In this document: piece by piece, positions 10,042 to 17,681 of the stretch
How the letters are laid out: the number at the start of each line of letters is the position of its first letter
Position numbering within the stretch: the first letter of the stretch is position 1
Assembly (NCBI GenBank): GCA_029856045.1
Contig: JAHQWG010000016.1
Location: 224,001-288,000, forward strand
Direction: 5' to 3'
Length of the DNA stretch: 64,000 bases
DNA from: Promethearchaeia archaeon
GTDB taxonomy: Archaea; Asgardarchaeota; Lokiarchaeia; Sigyniarchaeales; SOKP01
The notes under the pieces: generated by a model
Told to the model about the DNA's origin: nothing
Database searches by the model: none
The model's input: only the letters and a program-made list of their open reading frames with translations
Translations under genes and position numbers: made by a program

Positions 10042-10977
10042 TTAATGTTCAATATTAAAATTTAATTTTAATATTAGCTCTTTATACCGAGTTCTTACGG
10101 TTGCTTCTGTTATTCCAGCAATATCTGCAATTGCTTTTTGGGTGCGACGTTCATCAGTTTGAATTGCAGCGATGTAAAGTGAAGCTGCAGCTAAACCTGT
10201 AGGCGCTTTTCCTACAGTAATATAATGTTTTTGAGCTAACTGTAGGATTTTTGCAGCTTTATTTTGAGTTCTACCTGATAAACTCAAATCCGCACAAAAT
10301 CTTGGAATAAAGTCGATTGGTGATGATACTCTCATATTTCTTATTTTTAATTCTTTTAATATTAATCTATAGCAACGCCCCAACTCTTTTTTTGTAATAG
10401 AAGAAAATTCGATAAAATCGTCTAAAGTCTTTGGTAAACCCTTTATTCTACAAGTAGTGAATAAGGAAGCTGCTAACATAGCTTCAATCGATCGACCCCT
10501 TATTAAATTCTTATAAGCCATCTTTCTATATACTATCGCAGCCGATTCTTTAATAGAACCTGGCAGATTTAATTGAGAACAATATCTATCTAGTTCATTC
10601 ATAGCATTTGCCAAATTTCTATCAATTGATTTATGTATCCGTGATCTAGTATGCCATTTTCTTAATCTATGAACTTCTGCTTTCATTTTTGGACTAATTT
10701 TTTTGCCATGTGCATCTTTATCTTTCCAATCTATTGTTGTACTTAATCCTTTATCGTGTAGTGTAAATGTAGAAGGAGCTCCAACTCGAATTTTTTTAGC
10801 TTTCTCTTCTGATGAAAACGCTCTCCAATCTGGTCCGGAATCAATAATTCTTTGATTAATTACTAATCCACAAGTGTTACAAATGATTTCCCCTCTAGAT
10901 AAATCTGAAATAATCGAGAAATTACCACATTCCGGACATTTCTCAAAATTTATCTCGTTTTCATCTTTAGTAGTCAC
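10042..10977 (-). CDS. tfb: transcription initiation factor IIB
   Basis: Zn ribbon CPECG...CNTCG, GPDWRAF, HDKGLST and two cyclin repeats (GRSIE, GKAP.GLAAA). Confidence 0.97.
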   Translation of the reverse strand: MTTKDENEINFEKCPECGNFSIISDLSRGEIICNTCGLVINQRIIDSGPDWRAFSSEEKAKKIRVGAPSTFTLHDKGLSTTIDWKDKDAHGKKISPKMKAEVHRLRKWHTRSRIHKSIDRNLANAMNELDRYCSQLNLPGSIKESAAIVYRKMAYKNLIRGRSIEAMLAASLFTTCRIKGLPKTLDDFIEFSSITKKELGRCYRLILKELKIRNMRVSSPIDFIPRFCADLSLSGRTQNKAAKILQLAQKHYITVGKAPTGLAAASLYIAAIQTDERRTQKAIADIAGITEATVRTRYKELILKLNFNIEH

Positions 10978-11148
10978 AAAAAGTTAACCCTCAAACCAAG
11001 AAATCAACCTATTATTACAAAAAAAAGAAATAAACACTTTTAAATGTTTGGCTTTTGTTATTGTGTAAATTAATAATTTTCTTTAAAGATTTTGAAGATT
11101 TAATATCGACAAAAAATTTAAATAACTTTTATAGTTTTTAAATATTGA

Positions 11149-11637
11149 ATGACATTAAATTTTTTTAATCGTATTCATGGAAAGCATTGTTTATTAAGGG
11201 CTTTTAAAACTGTTTGTCCTAGATGTAAAAATGATGTGTTCTATTGGGAATGTTCTCATGGATCTAAGGTATTTTTTGAATATCCAATATATGGGCGATT
11301 AATCCGACATAAATGTAAAAAACACTTAAATATAGAAAACTTAAAAAAAAAAAATCATATTGAGGTAAAAATCCCTTTTTTTATAGAAAAAGATAATTTT
11401 GGTTGCCCAATTTGCGGAAAAATTTTTAATAAAAAAAATCAACTTGTTGATCACATAAAACAGTTAAAAAAAAGTGATGAAGCTCATCATAGCTTCTATA
11501 ATAATAAACTTAATTTTAAGACGGAGTCAGAAATATTCAATTATAATTTAACCAAAAATTTAAATGAAAATGATAATAAAAATCATTATAAACCGACTTT
11601 CGGTAAGATTACAATTATCAATAAAAAATCAAGTTAA
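11149..11637 (+). CDS. hypothetical zinc-finger protein
   Basis: CPRC...CSH...H.C cluster and a C2H2-like CPICGKIF....QL..H. Confidence 0.7.
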   Translation: MTLNFFNRIHGKHCLLRAFKTVCPRCKNDVFYWECSHGSKVFFEYPIYGRLIRHKCKKHLNIENLKKKNHIEVKIPFFIEKDNFGCPICGKIFNKKNQLVDHIKQLKKSDEAHHSFYNNKLNFKTESEIFNYNLTKNLNENDNKNHYKPTFGKITIINKKSS

Positions 11638-11727
11638 TATAAAAATAATTACATTAAAAAATTAAAAATTTAATATATTTTAACAAATTTATTTTTAATA
11701 CAAACAAAAAAATAATTATTGATTTTT

Positions 11728-12333
11728 ATGTCTATTGATTATGAAGGAATTATATCTGAATTGATGCAAAGAGATCCATCTATAATTGCCATTGCGGTTA
11801 TAACAGGAGCTCGAGATATTGTTTATTCAACAGATAATTGGGATATTAGCTCAGATATTAGTAAAGTTTCATCTGCATGGAGTTCAATGAATGCTCAGTT
11901 TGTAATGATTTCTGGTGTAAAATACTCCATGTTACAATGTACTATTGAAAGAATGGTATGTACTAACATAAAAGGGCAGGGACACATTGTTGGGGCTAAG
12001 GATGATGAGCATAAAATTATTGCATATGTCGAACCCGAAGCGGATATAAATGGTGCTTATATGGATACAGCTCGAACCTTATCTAAACTAAGTTCAAAAA
12101 CCCCCTATTTGGAAGAAAATGCCCGATTAGGAACTTCCCAACCAGTAGCTCCCGTTTCTGGAGGAGAAACTATTGATCCTCAACTAAAAAGTGAAATTAC
12201 GGCTTTTCTTGATTGGATAAAAGCCGAAGATGGGCTTTCGGGATATCTAAGTTATTATCTTCAACAAAATAATGCAAATATCATGAGCGAATTGGCAAAA
12301 ATTTATAATGATTTACGCAATATTTGTCAATAA
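11728..12333 (+). CDS. Asgard (Loki-type) profilin with C-terminal extension
   Basis: The first ~125 aa match Loki profilin blocks (IVYSTDNWDIS, ISGVKY, ER..CTNIKGQGHIV, IIAYVEP); ~75 extra C-terminal residues follow. Confidence 0.8.
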   Translation: MSIDYEGIISELMQRDPSIIAIAVITGARDIVYSTDNWDISSDISKVSSAWSSMNAQFVMISGVKYSMLQCTIERMVCTNIKGQGHIVGAKDDEHKIIAYVEPEADINGAYMDTARTLSKLSSKTPYLEENARLGTSQPVAPVSGGETIDPQLKSEITAFLDWIKAEDGLSGYLSYYLQQNNANIMSELAKIYNDLRNICQ

Positions 12334-12558
12334 TTGGTATTTAACACAATTTTTTAAGTGAATATACTTGTATTTTCTTTTTTCCTTTAAAATTCTTTTT
12401 TAACAATTTCTAATTTTAAATTTTTATTATGAAAATAAAAAATTATTTTAATCTCAATGTTTCTTAAATTAAATAAATAGTAATGAAAACAAATTAAGTG
12501 GTGAAATCAAATAAAGCTATATATAATTCAAGATAATAAAATCATATCTTCTAAAAAA

Positions 12559-13692
12559 TTGTCTTATGATAATTTTATATTTATATTTGATGCTCAAAAT
12601 GAAATTGGGGGTTTTTGGAAAGGTGAATTTGCTGAAGAATTTGATGAAATTTTTGCTAAGGAAATTATAGAAAAAATTATTAAGAAATTTGGTGAATTAG
12701 ATTTTAGGATTTTCGATACATTAGATCCAAAAAATGAAGAAGATAATAATAACAAAATCTTAAAAATTGAAATCTTAAAAAGATTACCTAATAAGACCCT
12801 TTGGAAAATTAAAAGAAGAATTTCGTCCTTATTTGTATCTAAAAAAATTATATCTAAAATTGGAGAATTTCGTACATTTGATAGTTCATGGAAATGGCGT
12901 AGAGACTTATTAAATTTAGATAATATTAATAAATTGTCAATTACAAATATATTAATTATGTTTTTTACCATATTCTTTATTTATAATATAGGAATTTTAC
13001 AATTGTATGATGGAACTCTTTCTTTTTTGTTTATTATTTTTATTTTATTAGCTTTAACTATAGTTAACTTAATATTTGTTTTATTTCCAATGAGATTTCC
13101 TGGAATTATAAAAAAAATAATTAATTTAGAAGATAAGGAACATGAAGAGGAAGAAGTCCAGACAAGAAAAATTGAAGAAATAAAGGTCATTAAAGAACCT
13201 CTTAAACCATCTGTCCCTATCTTACCTTCAGAGCAGAAATTCGAAGTATCGTCAAAACTTCTATCTTTAATTAAATCTAATACTTCATCAAAAAAAAATG
13301 AAAAGGAAAAAACAAAAAAAGAAAAAGAAAAATCATTAGAATCTCTTAAAGATGGAAAATCTGACCTAAAAATCCCAGAAGTTCCAGTAGCTCCTCCAAA
13401 ACAGATAGTAAAACTCGATTCCCCCGAAATTTCTCCCGAACTCTTAAAAAAAATAACTAAAGGAGAAACTAAAGAAATAAAATATATGCTTGTTAAATGT
13501 GATAGATGTAATAAAATAATTGCATTTCCTGTTCCAAAGAAAAAAGTTCTTAAATCAGAATTACCTGTTGTTCCCATTTCATATATTCATGGAAAGGGAA
13601 AGGAAAGACACTGTTTAACAGCTCATGTTGATCATGATTTTGATATTAGACGACGGCGGGTTTCTGATGTTGTATTTGAAGAATTGGAGTAA
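12559..13692 (+). CDS. membrane protein with two TM helices, Lys/Pro-rich linker and C-terminal Zn-ribbon-like domain
   Basis: Hydrophobic stretches at about aa 128-176; CDRC...YIHG...HC at the C-terminus. Confidence 0.7.
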   Translation: MSYDNFIFIFDAQNEIGGFWKGEFAEEFDEIFAKEIIEKIIKKFGELDFRIFDTLDPKNEEDNNNKILKIEILKRLPNKTLWKIKRRISSLFVSKKIISKIGEFRTFDSSWKWRRDLLNLDNINKLSITNILIMFFTIFFIYNIGILQLYDGTLSFLFIIFILLALTIVNLIFVLFPMRFPGIIKKIINLEDKEHEEEEVQTRKIEEIKVIKEPLKPSVPILPSEQKFEVSSKLLSLIKSNTSSKKNEKEKTKKEKEKSLESLKDGKSDLKIPEVPVAPPKQIVKLDSPEISPELLKKITKGETKEIKYMLVKCDRCNKIIAFPVPKKKVLKSELPVVPISYIHGKGKERHCLTAHVDHDFDIRRRRVSDVVFEELE

Positions 13693-13727
13693 TTATGGAT
13701 AATATATTATACCTTTTAATTCCTTCT

Positions 13728-13943
13728 CTATAAGAAGTAAATAAATATTAATGCAATTGAAATCGGTACAATACATAAAATAAGAAGAAATAATAACCAA
13801 CTCTTGGTCCAATTTATAAAACTATTTGGATATAAAATTGCGTTACATTCTGGGCATCGCTGAATACTCTTATCAATAATTTCTAATTTACAATTCCAAC
13901 AAAGAGTCTTTTTAAAATATTCTTCTTTTTTCAATGAAAACAA
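13728..13943 (-). CDS. small zinc-ribbon membrane protein
   Basis: CWNC...CPEC followed by a C-terminal TM helix. Confidence 0.7.
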   Translation of the reverse strand: MFSLKKEEYFKKTLCWNCKLEIIDKSIQRCPECNAILYPNSFINWTKSWLLFLLILCIVPISIALIFIYFL

Positions 13944-14028
13944 TCTTAATTTTATTGAATATTAATTAAAACCAATAAACATTAATACTTATATTATTGG
14001 AATAAAATATTTTATATAAAAAATTTAG

Positions 14029-14859
14029 TTGTTGATAATGTCTGGTTATATAGGTAAATCAATTAGACTTGAAAGAATTATGGATAGAAATACCAGAAAA
14101 ACAATCATTATACCCTTAGATCACGGCTTAACTGTTGGACCTGTTAAAGGATTAGAGAATAATTTAGGAGAAATAGTTAATAAAATTGCTGAGGGTGGTG
14201 CAAATGCTGTTTTAGGTCATATAGGCATACCATTATATGCCCACAGGAAATATGGTCAAGATATTGGTTTAATACTTCATTTATCAGGTTCAACTAATTT
14301 AAGTCCTAATCCAAATTATAAGGTTTTGACTAATAATGTTAATGATGCCTTGAAAATGGGTGCTGATTGTGTTTCAATTCATATTAATTTGGGAACAGAT
14401 ACAGATCCAGAGATGCTTCAAACTTTGGGCTCTCTCTCAAGAGAATGCAGAGAATGGGGAATGCCACTTTTAGCAATGATGTATCCTAGAGGTGAAAAAA
14501 TCATAAAAGATGGCAAAGATGAATATGATGTTGATGTGGTTAAAATTGCCGCAAGAGTTGCTGCTGAACTCGGTGCAGATATTGTAAAAACAAACTGGAC
14601 TGGTGATATTGATTCTTTCAAAGAAGTTGTGAAAGGATGTATGGCTCCCGTGATTATTGCTGGAGGTGAAAAGCGAGGTCTTTGGGGGATTTTAGAGATA
14701 ACTAAAGCATCAATAGACGCAGGAGGTTCAGGTGTTGCTTATGGTAGGAACGTGTTTCAAGCAGATGATCCAACGGCAGTTGTAAAAGCATTAGCCCTTA
14801 TCGTTCATCAAGGGTACGAAGTGGAAGAAGCGGTAAGAGAAGTAAATCTTTCAGTATAA
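14029..14859 (+). CDS. class I aldolase (ADH synthase / DhnA-type fructose-bisphosphate aldolase)
   Basis: [25 protein letters not shown] (Schiff-base Lys) and GRNVFQ. The ATG at 14038 is a likely start. Confidence 0.9.
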   Translation: MLIMSGYIGKSIRLERIMDRNTRKTIIIPLDHGLTVGPVKGLENNLGEIVNKIAEGGANAVLGHIGIPLYAHRKYGQDIGLILHLSGSTNLSPNPNYKVLTNNVNDALKMGADCVSIHINLGTDTDPEMLQTLGSLSRECREWGMPLLAMMYPRGEKIIKDGKDEYDVDVVKIAARVAAELGADIVKTNWTGDIDSFKEVVKGCMAPVIIAGGEKRGLWGILEITKASIDAGGSGVAYGRNVFQADDPTAVVKALALIVHQGYEVEEAVREVNLSV

Positions 14860-14891
14860 ATTTAAATAGAAATGAGAAGAGAATAGTAAAG

Positions 14892-15257
14892 ATGAATATA
14901 ATTGCTGAAAAGAAGGTTCAAATAGATAATATTACTATTTATCTTACTTTACTAAAATTATATCGAGGCTATGTTCTTTTTATATCTGATCAAGAAAATT
15001 TTGGATTAGGTTCTATTACTTTAAGCACACCACCTTTAAATGATGTTCTAAAATCAACATCTGTTTCGTATCAACTGTTTGGAATGGAACATAACTTATT
15101 ATCTAAAATGATTGTAGAAAAAGCAGCGAGTAATTTAAAAGAACCAGTTATATTATTATTTTTTTTAAAGGAAAAAGAAAAGGAGAAGGAACTCATTAAG
15201 CCAATTATAACATTGCTCAATCAAATTTTAGAGGAATATGAGAATTTTAAAAAATAA
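14892..15257 (+). CDS. hypothetical protein, possibly PAC4-like proteasome assembly chaperone
   Basis: The pattern LFISD..FGLGSITLSTP...LFG..H.LLSKMI.EK......PV resembles the PAC4 fold; recognition is tentative. Confidence 0.5.
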   Translation: MNIIAEKKVQIDNITIYLTLLKLYRGYVLFISDQENFGLGSITLSTPPLNDVLKSTSVSYQLFGMEHNLLSKMIVEKAASNLKEPVILLFFLKEKEKEKELIKPIITLLNQILEEYENFKK

Positions 15258-15358
15258 TGACAATAGGAATAAATTAGTATGATACTTCAAATTCCTCCTT
15301 CAAAATTTCTTTGAATTTAATAAATATCATCCAAAAAATCTAGAAAGTAGGGATATAA

Positions 15359-15574
15359 ATGAGTATTGATTGGATTCCAGCAAGAAAAATTACTCCAAAA
15401 GAAAGGGGGAATAGAGGAATTTTTCCATCACATAAAGTTCCAAGCGGATTTGCGGGATATGAGTCGTGCTTAGAACGGGATATCATACTATTGTTACATC
15501 ACGCTCCTGATGTTAAGAGATTCCAACATCAACCTAAAACAATAGTCTATAAGAATAGCAAAGGTTGGTTCTAA
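15359..15574 (+). pseudogene. truncated TnsA-like (Tn7-type) endonuclease, N-terminal fragment
   Basis: G.FPS.K....YES.LERD....L.....V..F..QP.TI.Y pattern; the frame stops before the catalytic PD..E.K motif. Confidence 0.72.
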
Positions 15575-15609
15575 AAAGGTAGAAGAAAAAGCATAAAGAA
15601 AGATAAAGG

Positions 15610-16581
15610 TTAAGGCCTAAGCAGTCTCACCGTGGAGGATCCACCCCAACTCCTAGTGCAAAGCCTATTGCCTGGACGGTGCGAATCCAAACGAGCCCGC
15701 CCAAAGTCTCGATGCCACCACCCAGTCGGCACAAGGTCACTTTTTACACGTTTTACATATTTTACATATTGACCAAGAAACCATAAGGCATTGTTATCAT
15801 ACCTGTCATTACTTACTTCATTGGTTGTTTCGAGGTGGAAAAGAAATTTTGTAATAAAATCTTCAAGTGTTTTTCCTGTTTCTCCTTGATAAGCTTGCGT
15901 CTGTAATGTTCGTAAGTAATCACGAGGAGAAGAGCCTATTTCTAATTGTCTTCTGCCTCCTAATGTCTTTCCTCGGCCTTGTTGAGGCATAATGGGTAAA
16001 CTTTCAACTAATCCCACAGACCAGCCTGGAACGGCACAAATACGTCCATTATTGACTACTTCTAATTTGGTCTGTCCCCGATGATTGCTTGAATATTCTT
16101 GAGGAAAATATACAAGCTCGTCTGTATCTAGTGCCTGTCTTAAGGTATCCCATATCCAGACATGTTTTTCGGTATTGACACGAACAGGTATTAAAGGATC
16201 AGAAGGAGAATGTCTGGTTTGATAAATCTTTCCTTCTGCTGCGTGTTTAAGAATAGCTGCTTTCATTCGATCAATAAGAAGGGATGTTGGCATTGTCATG
16301 GGTGTTAGCTCTAAACGATCAAACCCTTGTGGAACTTTTCTACCTACAAGCTCTCTATTATGATCAAATAGTTCTACAACCTGTTCTTGGGTTGGTATTG
16401 GATACTCTTTTCCATCTATTCCAATCACCCCAATGCTTTCTGATTTCGGAAGAAGCGTGAGAATGCCGGTGCGGTTTAAGGCGGTAACGCAACGGGCATA
16501 TTCCCTTTCAACAGGAAATAACTGTTCTGATTGAGGATCTCCTTCCATGTGCGCTGATGCGTCTATAGGTTGTTTTGACAT
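15610..16581 (-). CDS. horizontally acquired hypothetical protein of bacterial type
   Basis: Intact 323-aa ORF with visibly higher GC and less Lys/Ile/Asn bias than its neighbours; preceded by a sigma70-like promoter. Confidence 0.85.
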   Translation of the reverse strand: MSKQPIDASAHMEGDPQSEQLFPVEREYARCVTALNRTGILTLLPKSESIGVIGIDGKEYPIPTQEQVVELFDHNRELVGRKVPQGFDRLELTPMTMPTSLLIDRMKAAILKHAAEGKIYQTRHSPSDPLIPVRVNTEKHVWIWDTLRQALDTDELVYFPQEYSSNHRGQTKLEVVNNGRICAVPGWSVGLVESLPIMPQQGRGKTLGGRRQLEIGSSPRDYLRTLQTQAYQGETGKTLEDFITKFLFHLETTNEVSNDRYDNNALWFLGQYVKYVKRVKSDLVPTGWWHRDFGRARLDSHRPGNRLCTRSWGGSSTVRLLRP

Positions 16582-16586
16582 ACCCT

Positions 16587-16615
16587 ATTATACCATTTTT
16601 TAGTTAGATTGTCAT
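16587..16615 (-). promoter_or_regulatory. bacterial sigma70-type promoter (leaderless)
   Basis: Minus strand reads ATGACA, a 17-nt spacer ending TGG, then TATAAT, with the ATG 5 nt further on. Confidence 0.6.
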
Positions 16616-16663
16616 AACTAACTAATATATTTAAAGATTATTATAAAGTGTTAGTTGTGTCAA
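16609..16663. repeat. imperfect inverted repeat with AAC...GTT cores (attC-like hairpin)
   Basis: TTGTCATAACTAAC (16609-16622) and GTTAGTTGTGTCAA (16650-16663) flank a 27-nt spacer containing TATA..TATA. Confidence 0.6.
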
Positions 16664-16891
16664 TAAGTTTCGATTATAAACATACAGGAAATGACAAAAA
16701 GTTTATTGAAGTTAAGTATTTGTATTGATTAGTATAAAACTATTAGGAAGTTGGATATTTAAATTCATTACTAAAATTTGGACATTCATTGCCAATAATT
16801 ACCAAGTGCATTGCTATTATTATTTAAAATAATCAGAATATAAAAGTAAAAAAAAATTAATAAATTTATTATATTACGAGGATTTCCTGAA

Positions 16892-17200
16892 TTGAAAAAA
16901 TTCATTCTTACAAATATCTTTGGAAATACGGTTCGAATTAAAATTCTTGAACTTCTTCTCGATAATATTTTAAAAAAAGAGGTTGAATGGGAGTTTATCT
17001 CTAAAATTGCTAAAGAAGCCGGAATATCTACTTCATCTTCAAAGCGGGTTATTGATTCACTCATAGAATCTAATATTGTCGATGAATTACCAATTAAAAC
17101 TCATGCAAAAAATCCAAAAAGAAGCATTCGATTAAATTTAGACAATAAAATCGTTAACGAGCTAATCTTTTTTTACCGGAAAATCCGAGCCTTTAAATAA
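16892..17200 (+). CDS. winged-helix DNA-binding protein
   Basis: IFGNTVRIKILELLL...ISKIAKEAGISTSS..RVI..L HTH pattern. Confidence 0.8.
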   Translation: MKKFILTNIFGNTVRIKILELLLDNILKKEVEWEFISKIAKEAGISTSSSKRVIDSLIESNIVDELPIKTHAKNPKRSIRLNLDNKIVNELIFFYRKIRAFK

Positions 17201-17216
17201 ATATTCATTTTTTAAA

Positions 17217-17381
17217 TGCAGGGAGTGGGATTCGAACCCACGAAGAGCTATCTCACCGGATATCCCATCTGAAATTAGTAAGATCAACGGAAATCATATT
17301 AATTAGATCTTGAGTCCAGCTAATGAGAAAGTTTTTTTCCCAAAAGAGTCCGGCACCGTTGACCAACTTGGTTATCCCTGC
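17217..17381 (-). tRNA. tRNA-Leu(CAA) with two introns (32/33 at 17314-17347; 37/38 at 17262-17308)
   Basis: Acceptor stem GCAGGGA/TCCCTGC, anticodon stem CCGGA/TCCGG, long variable arm and GTGGG-TTCGAAT-CCCAC T arm. Both introns fold into bulge-helix-bulge motifs. Confidence 0.9.
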
Positions 17382-17439
17382 TTGAAGAATTTTTAAATAA
17401 AATAATATTTCAATAAATAAAAATTATTTTATAATCACT

Positions 17440-17505
17440 TTTAACAGTCTTAGTCATAACACCTTATTCATAGGATTTATATTTACTAAGCTTGGTTATC
17501 TCTGC
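17440..17505 (-). pseudogene. decayed 5' portion of a tRNA-Leu copy
   Basis: GCAGAGATAACCAAG matches the tRNA-Leu(CAA) 5' end at 14/15 positions, followed by a D-loop-like segment and AGGTG; no T arm. The 3' boundary is approximate. Confidence 0.45.
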
Positions 17506-17546
17506 ACTTTTTTAAATAGTATAATTTATTTTCATTAAAAATTCTT

Positions 17547-17649
17547 ACGAATAATTATTAGTTTAACATAGTTTTAAATTCAAGATCAATCGAAAAAAGA
17601 AGATAACCTGTGACGTACGCCTACGGGGGTTGGAATCCCTCATATTGCA
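17547..17649 (+). pseudogene. decayed tRNA-Leu(CAA)-like sequence
   Basis: TTCAAG-ATC..GAT-A (intron-like), variable arm TGACGTACGCCTAC and T arm GGGGG-TTGGAAT-CCCTC, resembling the 3' half of the tRNA-Leu at 42179. The 5' half is AT-eroded. Confidence 0.5.
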
Positions 17650-17681
17650 TATTTTAAATAATCTTTTCTTTTGATTTAGAA

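Noticed and set aside
15538-15570. Second mini attC-like hairpin (minus strand AAC-N5-CTAT-tctt-ATAG-N6-GTT)
   Set aside because: It lies inside conserved TnsA-like codons (KTIVYKNSK) and has only a 4-bp stem; probably chance.
15359-16663. Intact Tn7-like transposon or canonical integron
   Set aside because: No tnsB/tnsC/tniQ, no convincing transposon ends or target duplication, no intI, and only one hairpin shorter than canonical attC; reported only as a cassette-like hypothesis.
15610-16728. Active diversity-generating retroelement
   Set aside because: No reverse transcriptase, Avd-like gene or template repeat matching the gene's 3' end is in the window.
17440-17649. Split (trans-spliced) tRNA made of a minus-strand 5' half and a plus-strand 3' half
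   Set aside because: The acceptor strands do not pair (GCAGAGA vs ATATTGC), the T loop has lost C56 and no complementary leader sequences were found; decayed copies fit better.
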